Shown: positions 45,679-56,800 of the stretch, piece after piece
How positions within the stretch are numbered: the first letter of the stretch is position 1
Layout: every line of letters starts with the position of its first letter
Virus record (IMG/VR): IMGVR_UViG_3300035204_001874
Coordinates: 32,001-96,000 of that record
DNA: 64,000 nt
Source: a virus
Direction: 5' to 3' (one strand)
The notes under the pieces: model-generated
The model's database searches: none
What the model was told of the DNA's origin: nothing
The model's input: the letters and a program-made list of their open reading frames with translations, nothing else
Translations under genes and position numbers: made by a program

Positions 45679-48411
45679 ATCAAAAATTTCAAAGGCTACT
45701 TCATCATATACTTCTTTTTGCCAATTTCTAACACCCTTGTTTTGGTCACTAGGGTCGTAAGTGAACTCTTTACTTCGAGACATTGTAAAGATAGATGTAA
45801 AATCACTATCTTCATCGGTGCGCCACGCATTCTTGTGGTCAGAAAAGAGTTGATATTCTACGGCTCTTAGCGTTTCATTTTGTAAATTATATAAAAGGGA
45901 ATGTTCTCCCGCGTCATTGTCTGTCTGTTGGTGACTTGATCTAGCTGTTAATGTTCCATTAATGCTGATTTTGGCTTTAGCTTTAGTTTTGCAATTCAAA
46001 TTTTGAAGCGCGAAAAGACCTTCGACGTTAGCGGAGGGGATTATTTTGTAAGTGTCTATACTTTCGGTTACTTGAACGTTGTATTTTATAGGCGAAGCAT
46101 TCCAATAAGTACGTGTACTGGCTGAGTGCCAATAACGAGTACCCTGCCAATCTTCGGTATCCTCTTGTTTGTGAGGGTAAGCCGAGCTTAATTGGTGATT
46201 TATGGGGTCTGGAGCCCAAGAGTGATGAACCCTGTCTTCGTCTGAAAAGGTTGCGGACAAAGAAAGAGTCCCTAAGCCTGTATTTTCGTTAACTTTTATT
46301 GATGTTATATAGAATCTATTTGGATTAGCGAGAGAAGCTGCTCCTGCTTTATTATCCCAATCATAATCGTAGGTAGTCCAAACTCCTCCGGCGGCAGCGC
46401 ATTCTCCAGCACTATGCATTATGCCCTTTGGGATAGCTACAGAGCATTCCCCATGTCGCCCCCAAGCGTTAGGGTACAGATATTCTGCTTCTAATTCGCT
46501 TGTGAGTATTTCTTTGGTCAAATACGGTTCCCACATTCCCACTTCTTTTCCAACTGTATTTTTAAAATTTTGAAGAGCCGCTCTTTTTTCTGGCAAAGTT
46601 CCCCAAGTCTTAAATTCTCCATCAATGCTCCAAATTGATATGTCAGTTAAACCGTCCGTTGTGACGGAAACCTTGTTGTCAAAATATCCTGCAATCATAT
46701 CTACGTCTTTAATTCCCGTGACATATGAGGCTTTATATGTAAGTGAAGTTGACGCGGGGTCATCTTCCAAAGTGAAAGATGTTCTAAAAATTAATGCTTC
46801 TGGAACGTTTAACGTATCTGAAATATACCGTTGGTCAGACTGAGAAACCTCTAAGTCATCCAACATGGTTTGCCTAACATGGTCTAATTCGAAATTTCTT
46901 TGCGCCTCATCCTCGTACCCGTTGCTCCCTTGGTATCTAAGTTCATATTTTATGGAGTTGTAATCGTTTGTGATGGATTCGTTAAGGTCTAACTTATGAG
47001 TCGTGACTACTGGCACCTTTGTCACGTTTAACCTTGGTCTACCGAACGCTTTATTTTCATATTTGTAATTTTTTGTAACAGAAAAAGTTCCAGCTAATCT
47101 ATCTGAAGCTTCTGAGCTATTAATTAGGACTGCGCTATTCGCGCTTTTAATGAATTCTGGATACGTTGGGGGCGAGCTAGTTATGGCGTGAATACGTTGT
47201 ACAAAATTTACAGCGTTATCATACGCATTGGTGTCTATAGTTTTAATTCCCTTTGCTGACGTTTTACGAACGAGAGAAACTGTTCCATCGTCGTTTTCAG
47301 TAAACGTACTTGAATCTGAAGGCTCGATGACGTTGTAGCCCCCCGCCCTCGAATCTAAAATGTCATAAGCCTTTAGTTTTACAGAATACTTAATAAGTCC
47401 ATTTTCTGACCATTTATCTTCAGGGAAATCGATGCTTTCGATCATTACTGATGGATATGTTAAATAGTCCGCCCCATTATCTACGACTTTAAATTCCTGA
47501 AAATTGACCTTAAAAATATCAACAAAAGCTTGCCAATTCTCTGTTTTGACGTGCGCTCCACCAGCCTTTGCATCGGCCACTAGTTCTGACCTCATGGTAT
47601 CTAATACTGCATTCATGTGATCTATTTGTTCCGTTGTAAACTCATCTGAGCACCAGGAATAGTTCATGTAGTTGTTAATGGGCACAAGGTTCACCCCGTC
47701 GTCAGACAACGGAGGATTAGCGCAATCGTCCCACGTACTCGTATGAGGAGGTGTGTCTGCAAACTGGTCTGGTTGAAATGTATGAAATAGCCCCAGATAA
47801 TGACCTATTTCGTGAACAAGAGTTGCAGGGTCAATATTTGCTCCTCGTGTCTGATAAATGTGAGATGAATTTAATATTACGCCATCAAAGGGATCAGGAT
47901 TGGGGCCATTTGAATTTGCGTCTGGGAAAAAACCCATAGATGCACCACCATGAGCAGGAACAAACCACATATTAAAAAGTTTTGCCTGATTAGTTCCGGG
48001 AAGAATTGAATGAACTGTTCGTTCTACACCTGCATAATCTATCCCATTCGCTACTGTCACACTTGAATAGTCGTTCTGATCCCAAGCTAATTCAAATTTA
48101 ACATTGTTGGCTATAAGTTCAGTATTTGCTGCGTCAAGTAAAGCTTGCAAAAAAGCTTTCGAAACATCCGATCCGCCTGGATTGCTGAGTGAGTGCGCTT
48201 CACCGTTATTCAAAAGATTCCAATGTACATTTATTGTTCTTGTATCAGCTACTTGTTGTATGGTCTTGCTATCGTATTCAGTAAGTGTCCCGTTTAAAGT
48301 GATAGACTCGTTCATCCCCCATCTGTCTCCATAGTCTATAGGGGTTTCACTTCTGGAAACGAAAGGTGTTCCAGGAAGCTCTATTCCATTATAATAAACA
48401 TGCGTAGACAT
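45628..48411 (-). CDS. Putative tail protein with inserted M43 (pappalysin/ulilysin-like) zinc metallopeptidase
   Basis: TLVHEIGHYLGLFHTF, ADTP, Met-turn NNYMNY, FTTEQIDHM. Confidence 0.75.
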   Translation of the reverse strand: MSTHVYYNGIELPGTPFVSRSETPIDYGDRWGMNESITLNGTLTEYDSKTIQQVADTRTINVHWNLLNNGEAHSLSNPGGSDVSKAFLQALLDAANTELIANNVKFELAWDQNDYSSVTVANGIDYAGVERTVHSILPGTNQAKLFNMWFVPAHGGASMGFFPDANSNGPNPDPFDGVILNSSHIYQTRGANIDPATLVHEIGHYLGLFHTFQPDQFADTPPHTSTWDDCANPPLSDDGVNLVPINNYMNYSWCSDEFTTEQIDHMNAVLDTMRSELVADAKAGGAHVKTENWQAFVDIFKVNFQEFKVVDNGADYLTYPSVMIESIDFPEDKWSENGLIKYSVKLKAYDILDSRAGGYNVIEPSDSSTFTENDDGTVSLVRKTSAKGIKTIDTNAYDNAVNFVQRIHAITSSPPTYPEFIKSANSAVLINSSEASDRLAGTFSVTKNYKYENKAFGRPRLNVTKVPVVTTHKLDLNESITNDYNSIKYELRYQGSNGYEDEAQRNFELDHVRQTMLDDLEVSQSDQRYISDTLNVPEALIFRTSFTLEDDPASTSLTYKASYVTGIKDVDMIAGYFDNKVSVTTDGLTDISIWSIDGEFKTWGTLPEKRAALQNFKNTVGKEVGMWEPYLTKEILTSELEAEYLYPNAWGRHGECSVAIPKGIMHSAGECAAAGGVWTTYDYDWDNKAGAASLANPNRFYITSIKVNENTGLGTLSLSATFSDEDRVHHSWAPDPINHQLSSAYPHKQEDTEDWQGTRYWHSASTRTYWNASPIKYNVQVTESIDTYKIIPSANVEGLFALQNLNCKTKAKAKISINGTLTARSSHQQTDNDAGEHSLLYNLQNETLRAVEYQLFSDHKNAWRTDEDSDFTSIFTMSRSKEFTYDPSDQNKGVRNWQKEVYDEVAFEIFDVNMSVKLRDPGYKFGW

Positions 48412-48413
48412 TT

Positions 48414-50837
48414 TTACTCTCTATAGCTTAGATTTCTCGTGAATCTGGGTGATTGCTGTTTGTATCCATAGGTCATTTCTGCGGTTAAAGTAACATTATT
48501 AGTTGAGTCAAATACGTATGATAAATTAGATAGGTGCCCAACGAACCTATGGCCCGCTGCTAACCTTGTATGAGTAAATACACTCAATAGTTGGCGTTTT
48601 GCTTCTCTCGCTAGAGCTTTTAGTTCGTCGATTGGAACATATGGTCCGCCTTCTTCTTCTATTTTATTAAAACTATGCTGCAATACATTCCATCTTTTCC
48701 TTGGTATTATAGCTGAAAGGGCTACGACTCTCTTCCCTAATTCAGTACTGTAACCGAAAGATAGTGCGCTGCTTTTTTCTGGGTTCCCCTGTGGTCCAGT
48801 TTCTCTGTCTACGATAACGTGTTCGGTGAATACGTTTTTAGGCCAAGTATCTGTTATTTTTGATTCAACTTTTTTGAAACAATCTATACACCCCGGTAAG
48901 CTTTTTACGTAGACCGGATCATTCGTCCACTTTTTCTTTAGAGAGAACTCTTTGCCGTGAGTTGATGCTGATATCGTTTTAGATAATTCAGTCCACGTTT
49001 GGTTTGTGCTCCAAGTGGCTTGATCAGGGTGTATAAAAGTTACTGATCCTTCGCCACGATATCTGAAATACGAAGTAAAAATTTCTGAGTGAACTCTAGC
49101 TATACCGTCGTGATCTCCATCTGCGGCAAACCCCCAAATATTCTCTTCAAATGGGAAGTAGATCGGCCAAGTAACAGCGGGAGCGTGACCAACCGCAGAC
49201 ATACCAGGAACAAGCTCATCATAATATATTAATTCATCTATTATGCTTAGGTTATATTTGGAGTCTAGCCTTTGATCAATGTTCAACTTTTTGGGGTCAA
49301 AAAGTTTAAAAGTTAAATTGTAATCTATAGTAGAGACGTTTCTTTCGTCCACATCTAAGGTTATCGTATTTTCGACTGTATAAAATCCTCCCCAATCATT
49401 AATAAGCTTAGGCGCATTTGTAAATGCGGTGGTTATCGTTGCGGAATTGTTTGCCTCATCAATAGCAACAGTTGAGCTTATTGGTAGACGGTTTTCTGTA
49501 TCAATTGCAGGATCAAGAAAATTGAGATATTGAGGAGTAAGTAATCCCGCTCCCGCCGCAGGTAAAGCAAAACCAGCAGCTTTCGAAGCGTAAAATTGTA
49601 ATGTATTTTCGCATCTGTTAACGGCTTCGTTTCTTTCGTTTTGTATCCAGTCAGCAATTGAGTCATCATGACAAGCATAGTGACTATGCATTTCTAAATT
49701 TTCAGTTATTGTAACTATTCCGTTTTCGGCATAATCGATACTGTGTTTTATTTTTGTAGAGTAAGTCTTAGCGAGGTCTATATCTGTTAATATTTTTTGC
49801 TTCCTAGTAAAATTAAATTTATTAGTAAGCCAATCATGAGACTCCGAAAAACGACTATTACCCATCGGGACCATCCCTATGTCGGGCTGCGGTGCGTTAA
49901 AAAGTTTAAATTGATCTACGAATACGATTTGTCCGAGGGCTGCGTAGTCCATTGAGTCAAAAAGTAGATCGGCAATGTTAGCAGCTACCCACTGAGGTAA
50001 TATCGGAGTAAGTCCGGCCTGTCTAGTTTTTTTGTGATCACGAGAATCAGCTACGAATTCTCTCATGGTGCTGTCATTTATATCAACCGTACGAGCTTCT
50101 ACATCCACGGTATGAGTTAGAGTTTTAATATGATTCTCATCTTCATCTATGGTTACACTTTCAGTTAACGAATTAATCCATTTTGCGTATGTCTGAAAAA
50201 TTTCTTCGAGTTTGGCGTAATTGGTTGGCCACGCGCCCGCTGTGGCTGGATCAAGCTCGGTGTGTTGTCCGTTTTTCCAAGTTCCCCCTGCTGTCGTGCA
50301 AGCTCCAGCGTTGCCTTGTGGCGCGGGAGTCCAAAGGTTCGGGGTCCAAGTTCCAGCAGCAGCTTCACAGTCAATCACATTGTCGAATGGGCCAAGCCCC
50401 ACACCCAAGTTGCCACATTGACTCGTGTCTGTCTCGCAGCCGTCTTGATCATCGTTAAAGGCCGCGTTGAAACAAGTTCCATCGGGTGCGTCAAGGCAGT
50501 ATCCTTCCCATAACACGTCGTCAGGTATACGCTTCCTAACTTCTACGGTAACCTTATATTTACCTACGCGAATCAATTCTTCTTTTGGGTCGGGAGAGTT
50601 GGGAAGTTCAATTGATTTTACTTCTATGTCTGCTTTGTCTACAGCTAATTTTGCTGCTATTTGATTTTTAACAAAGAGACTAAGGGTTTCGTTGCCGGGC
50701 ACAGCATTCTCCAAATCAGTAATGTAAGTTTCATAAGTGATAGTCTCCACATTCCTGTAGTTAAAGGCTTCCCCAAAGTATTCCCTTTTTAAAGAATACC
50801 CCAATAACCCATCAAGTACTTCATTACCTATTGCCAT
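48414..50837 (-). CDS. Putative tail protein
   Basis: 807-aa beta-rich ORF directly downstream of the tape measure gene; nested Cys module. Confidence 0.6.
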   Translation of the reverse strand: MAIGNEVLDGLLGYSLKREYFGEAFNYRNVETITYETYITDLENAVPGNETLSLFVKNQIAAKLAVDKADIEVKSIELPNSPDPKEELIRVGKYKVTVEVRKRIPDDVLWEGYCLDAPDGTCFNAAFNDDQDGCETDTSQCGNLGVGLGPFDNVIDCEAAAGTWTPNLWTPAPQGNAGACTTAGGTWKNGQHTELDPATAGAWPTNYAKLEEIFQTYAKWINSLTESVTIDEDENHIKTLTHTVDVEARTVDINDSTMREFVADSRDHKKTRQAGLTPILPQWVAANIADLLFDSMDYAALGQIVFVDQFKLFNAPQPDIGMVPMGNSRFSESHDWLTNKFNFTRKQKILTDIDLAKTYSTKIKHSIDYAENGIVTITENLEMHSHYACHDDSIADWIQNERNEAVNRCENTLQFYASKAAGFALPAAGAGLLTPQYLNFLDPAIDTENRLPISSTVAIDEANNSATITTAFTNAPKLINDWGGFYTVENTITLDVDERNVSTIDYNLTFKLFDPKKLNIDQRLDSKYNLSIIDELIYYDELVPGMSAVGHAPAVTWPIYFPFEENIWGFAADGDHDGIARVHSEIFTSYFRYRGEGSVTFIHPDQATWSTNQTWTELSKTISASTHGKEFSLKKKWTNDPVYVKSLPGCIDCFKKVESKITDTWPKNVFTEHVIVDRETGPQGNPEKSSALSFGYSTELGKRVVALSAIIPRKRWNVLQHSFNKIEEEGGPYVPIDELKALAREAKRQLLSVFTHTRLAAGHRFVGHLSNLSYVFDSTNNVTLTAEMTYGYKQQSPRFTRNLSYRE

Positions 50838-50852
50838 TTACCTTGTCCCTTT

Positions 50853-50865
50853 TATTAATTACACC
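50853..50865 (-). promoter_or_regulatory. GGTGTAAT motif, candidate phage-sigma (late) promoter
   Basis: GGTGTAATTAATA overlapping the GTG-TAA end of the giant ORF, 15 nt before ATG 50837. Confidence 0.55.
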
Positions 50866-53800
50866 GCTCCTATATTATCTCCCCCATTACCGATTCCAGC
50901 TTCATTTACTGTTTTATTTACTAAGTCCCTAAGTTTACTGTATTCTCCCGCTACTTGCGCCAAAACTTGGTCGGAAGCTTTACGCGCCTCTGTTTGGCTC
51001 ACGCTTCCGTCAGATTGAACTTTCAAATGTATTTCTCCCTTATTGATGAGGTCTAACGTTCCTGTGATTTCGGTCGTATCGCCGCCTTGTTTGTTAGCTG
51101 TTCCTTTTTCCTTTTCTTTATCATCTAAGGCTTTATTGATCTTCTTAAGTACGGCAAGCAAGCTTTCGTTATCCTTGCTCTTGTCACCTTCGGTAGCGGC
51201 TTGTTTTTCCTTGGTAACAGCTTGTTCCCCTGCTTCATTAAGTTCTGTGACCGTGTTTGATTCGGGTCCGGCGAAAGGAGCCTTGGTATTCTTGATCGAG
51301 TCCGGCCAATTCATAACGTTGACTGAGGAACTTTGCCCCATCGTTATTCTTGATGCGGGATTAGGCTCGACTCCTGTTTCGGGGGTACTTCCCCAATCTT
51401 TATCTTTGGTTACAGGTGGGAAACGGCCGGGCAGTGCGTCTGTTTCGTCTGTTTCTACGGATGCGGTTTCTGTCGGTGCAGGTGTTGTGGTGGGGGGTGC
51501 AAAGGGGGTGGGTGGTACGTTCGGCCAATTCTTGATCGAGTCCGGCCAATTGGTGATTTCCACTTTCAATATTCCTTCTGTGGGCAAGCCTTTGGCATCA
51601 AGTACGGGTGGCCTTCCTCCTACGGGCAAGCCTGTGTTAGGATCAACTGTACGTGTAGATGGTTTTCTCCCGTCACCCCCGTCACCCATTTTTCTTCCCA
51701 TTTGTTTGTCTATTCGCTTGAATCCTTTGCGGGTCTGATCGTCTGGCTTGTAATCTTCATCAGTCCCTACTTTTTTCCAAGTCTTGCCGCCATCAGTAGT
51801 TGTTGCTACTACTTTGCCATTTATTGTTTTCTCACCTTTGCCAGTTTCTTTGTTAATGGATGAGACTAAACTGCTTCCGTCTTTACCATGTCCTCTCGCT
51901 TCCGTTCTTAACTCACCAGCATCTCCGCCTTTGGTTCCCGCTGCTGCACCCGCTTGACCTGCGGCACCTGCTCCTCCCATCGGGAAGGCTTGATTACTTC
52001 CTCCAGCCCCGCCGATTCCAGCATCATAACCTCCGCCAACATCGTAACCACCCATGCCTCTTCTACGAATTAATCGTCCACTTCCGGCCCTGAGAGATAT
52101 CCCCTTACCGGGTTTGAATTGTACTTTACCCGGCCAGTTGGTAACGAATACTGGCTGTACATCTTTTGCCATACCCATTCCCATTCCTCCGGCCACCTTC
52201 GCCATCAATCCAACCATTTGCGCTGGATTCATTCCTTCTTTTTCTTTTTTATCCATTTCGGCTTTTTGCTCTGGAGTTACGGCTCTCATTCTGCCGTCTG
52301 GACCCATTGCAAATTCTGTATGCGCTGAACCTAACGCTTTTTGCGATTCTTTAAATTCCTTAGCTTCTTCTTCAGTATAGAATTGATTTTTAGCAACATT
52401 CATTCCGACGAATTCTGATTTCATTTCTGCGCGTACTTGGCCCATAGCTTGTTGTCCGGTAGCTTCATCTATTTGCCCCCCCGCCATTTGCATTCTTATT
52501 TGCTGCTCTCTAGCCTTAAGCTCTTTGAATTTTTCTGCTCTTTGTTGAATTTTGATTTTGAGACCCTCGGTTGTCTTTAGAGCCTCTGTTCTTTCCTCTT
52601 GGCTAAGGACTTTTTCTGGAGCTACGTCTTGGAAGCCTTCTCTTATGGTGATGCCTTCGCCTCTCTCAGCTTTGCCCTTATCTTCTTCCAGTTGTCGTAT
52701 ATGAGCTTGACGACGTCTTTCGGTTTCAGTATCACCTTCACCCTTTACCCCTACGTCTTCGAAATCGTCTACATCTTTTCGGTATACCCTTGTTCCGTCT
52801 TCTCTGTATACCCCAACGGGTGCCCTTCCTCTTTTGCCTTCTTTTTCACCTATTGACTCATAATATCCTAATTGGGCTATGGCTTGCTGGTCTCCTTCGT
52901 CAGCCAGTTCCCGTAGTTGTTTCATGGATGAATACGCTTTGTCTTCTCCAACAATTTGAGACCTATAAGTCTCTTTACGTTCTTGAATTAATCGATTGTC
53001 TGCTCCAAATTGTTTTATAGCTTCTTCATCCATGTCGAAGCCGGATTTTTCAGCGTCTTTTTGCAATTTTGTCATTCTATTATTCCAGCTTTGCATTGCT
53101 GACTTCTTCTCATCCTCATCTTCAATAGCCATGATATCGCCCCATTCAACTTGCATACCAAACGCTTTTGACCGCAAACTTTCCTTCTCATTTTCGGACG
53201 CGGACTTGAGTTCATTAATCTCTTCGTCTATGCTGGCTATATACTCGCTCCTTACTGCCTCCTCTTCGCCTTCTCTTCCCAATTGACCAGCAAGCTGTTC
53301 CGCGCTCATGACTTCTTTTACTCCACGATCACCCAAAGAGAGGGCTGCTCCCATTTCTCTTTCTTGTGCCGTGTAGCCTTGTTGGCCTATTTTTCCGGTC
53401 CTAGCTTGAGTGTCTTTTATTCGTTTTTCAAGGTTTTGCTTCTGGACCTTCTCCTTATCTGTGAGTGTTTCTGTTTCTTCTTTGGTTTTTAGTTGCTGAA
53501 GTTCTTCCCTGTCTTTTGTAAACTGATCTCTTTGTTCTGTAGTTAGGCCAGTGGCACCAAGGAGTCTTCTTTCTTCTATTAGTTTTTTCTTTTTTTCTTT
53601 TTTCTCTGCCTCGAAATCCTCTTTTGATTGGCCTTCTTTTATCTTGCTCTCATCAACAGCTTTGATTGCAGTTTCAATTCTTTGTGCTTCGGTAAATCTT
53701 TCTTTTCTTCTTCCTATTATTTTTTCTCTTTCTTCTTCTCTATCTGCGCTTGTCATGAACTCGGTTTTAGCGAGCGTCTCGTTACGCAGAACCATTCGTT

Positions 53801-56800
53801 GTCTTTCTGCTTGCTGTTGCTGGGGCGAGGTTCGATTTCCCTGACCGAATGCTCCTCCAGCGGGTGGAGCTCCTCCCATTTGGCGCATTTGATATTGAAC
53901 TTGCTGCCTTTGGGCTGGAGACATATTATCCCATGCTTGATTTATGCGTGCCATAGCTTGCCTGTTCATGCCGCCACCCACTCCGCCAGTCATGCCAGCT
54001 ATCATGCCTCTCGGAGTGCCAGCTACGCCCATTTCGCTTATGTTAACGACGTGTACTGGCATCGCTTTCCCAATAGGGTTCAAATTTACTTTTCCACCAG
54101 GTTCCAGCTTTACTGTTTTAGCTTGAATTCCACCTTCCTCAGTTTTGGGGCCAACTTTCCCTGTCCGAATGTCGGCCATTTTTTCTTTCGAAGTCTTTTC
54201 AGTCTTGGTGTTCTTTGCTTTTTCTTTTGCTGCATCAATCCGTAGTTCAAACTCTTCTTTTGCGAGTTTTTCAGCTTTGGTTACTTCCGTTATGGCTGTC
54301 ATGCCTTTTTTACCCGCCATGGCGATATTAACCTTTAAGATGTCTCTCAAGAGACTAGCAATGATTCGATCTCCTGTACTCAGACCACCTTTGGATATCA
54401 TTGCTGAATACATCCCCATTTTTTCCTGTGCGCCTCTGGCAGCGAAAGCTTTTTGTTTGGTGTGCTCAGTTGTTACTCCGGCTATCCCACCAACAACGGC
54501 CCCTATTAAGGTTCCCCACCCTGGCAGAAGCATAGTTCCAATACCAGCACCTACTGCTGCTCCTGTTAAACCTGCTGTGCCCATGCTCCTCTTTGTGTCT
54601 GTCGATCCGGTAAATATTGCGCTCATGGCTCTACCGAATCCACCTTGTACGGGGCCAAGCTCTTGTCTTCTCTGCGAGAGATTTCGCATTCGTTCCATGT
54701 GCCCTTCAGATCCCTGGAATCCGATAACTCCGAGAACTCCCGCCCCCACAGCGGCTTTCGTATAGCTTTTTGAAGCCTCGAATCCCGCCTTGAGTCCTTG
54801 CATACCGCGAGCTCCGTCCTTTAAGGCTTTTGTGCCGAGAAAGCCAGCCCTACCTACTGTACCGTATGCGGCCCCCGCCCCACCAGTAAGTGCGCTAAAT
54901 CCTATGTTGATAGCGTCTACCACGCCAAAATCTTGGTGTTCCAATCCCTTAAAAAGTTCGTCGCTATCAAGTAAGTCTTTAATATTTTCTTTTTGTTTTT
55001 CGTCCTTACCTTTGGTAAAGCCCATCATTTCCATTTGCTGTTTAACATTGAAACCTCCACCTCCAGCAAGAGGGACAGGTAAGCCTGTCTCGGGGTCAAC
55101 TTTTGGAGGCGACATTGGCGGCGTTAACCCACCACTAAATTTTGCTTGTAGAGGCCCACTAGCATCAATTCCTTCAAGTCCTGCCACATTGGCACCATTT
55201 ATAATCACGTTAGCGTTGCTAGTCATGATGTTTGCCGCAGCTACATCCAATGAAGCATCACCCACTGATATATCTCCAGTTGTTGCGGCGGCTGTATCAC
55301 CCGCTGCAACTCCTTCGGGTGCCCCGTCAGCTTCAGCGGGAGTTACTTTTTGGGGAGTTACTTTTTGGGTACTTGCATCATGTAATTTCTTTCCGCCCCA
55401 GATAAGGCCACCGACTGCCGCGACTATCAAACCAATTTTTGTTTTAGACAATCCCTTAGCTGTAGCTTCAGCAGCCTCTCCACCCAACTTTCCACCCGTC
55501 TTTTCCAAAGCCTCCTTAGCTGTAGCTTCAGCAGCCTCTCCACCCAACTTTCCACCCGTCTTTTCCAAAGCCTTTTCGCCTGTTTCTCTACCTAGAGCTT
55601 TATTCACTCCTTCAGCTACAGATGCTGACACGCCTTTTGCTAAGGTTTCATTCACCTTAGCCATGTTGCGTTTAAGTATTGCGTTCAGCAGTAATCCGCC
55701 GCCTACAAGGCCGCCACCGAACATGCCAGCCGCTTGCCAATTGACACCACTGCTATCCGGCATCTCCATTTGTTGATCTTCCAGACCTATATTCCTACCT
55801 TCAGATAGTTCGTAACCTGATTGTAAAGCTATGGTATTTTCATTATGATCTTTTTTTCTTATTAGGGATTGCTGTCTTAAATCCAATTGTCCGGCTGCTT
55901 GCCCTCTTTGAAATCTAAGGTCTTTGCGTTGTCCTCTCAGCGTCTCAGCATCAGCGTGTCTTCCTTCAGCGTTAGCTTGCTCAATTTTAGCTGTGAGTTC
56001 AGATATTTCTCGGGTTAGCTCTGGAACTTTAACCGTTACCTTGGTTGCGTCCGTTCGGCTTTTTGCAACTTCTACCGCTCTCGATTCTCCAAACCTGCCT
56101 GTTCTAAGCGCGGACTCAATTGATTTGAATTCATCCGGCGTAAGGCTTACGTTCTTTCTGTCCATTTTATCAACCATGTTGGCCATCATCGTATCAAGTG
56201 ATGCAGCATCACCAGTTTCAATGGCGGCTAAGGCGGCAGCTTTTTTAGCGGCAGCGTCGGCTGCGCGATCAGCGGGATCAGCAATTGTGTCGTCCACAAA
56301 CGTTCCTTTTTGTTCAGCCATGATAACCAACTCAGCGGCAGCCGTTCTTTTTTGTTCGAGTTGTTGCAGGGCTTCAGATTCTCCTTTTTGATCTCTGATA
56401 GCTTGATTTAATACGTCGAGACGAGACAAAAGTTGGGTTGTTTGATTTCGGATTTCGGTACTGAAGTTATCGTTTAATGGATCGAACTCGTTCTCCATGT
56501 CTTGACCGATTACATTTATACCTTGTTGCAACCTTCTATTAATTGCCGATAAGAACTTCATTGATTGCTCAATGTTGTTTGGCATATTCTCAAGTTTCAG
56601 CTTGGCTTCCATTTGGTGGGTTGCAACTGTCTTGGCTCGGCCCCTTAATCCTTGCATTTCGCTAATCATGCCTTGTATAGCGACTTTTCCTTCCACGGTT
56701 CTCTCTCTGCCCTTTTTTCTTTGAAGGCTGGCTATATTTCTTTCAGCGAATCGTTCTATTCTTAGTTGGTTACCTTTGATTGCAAAATCTTGCATTTTCT

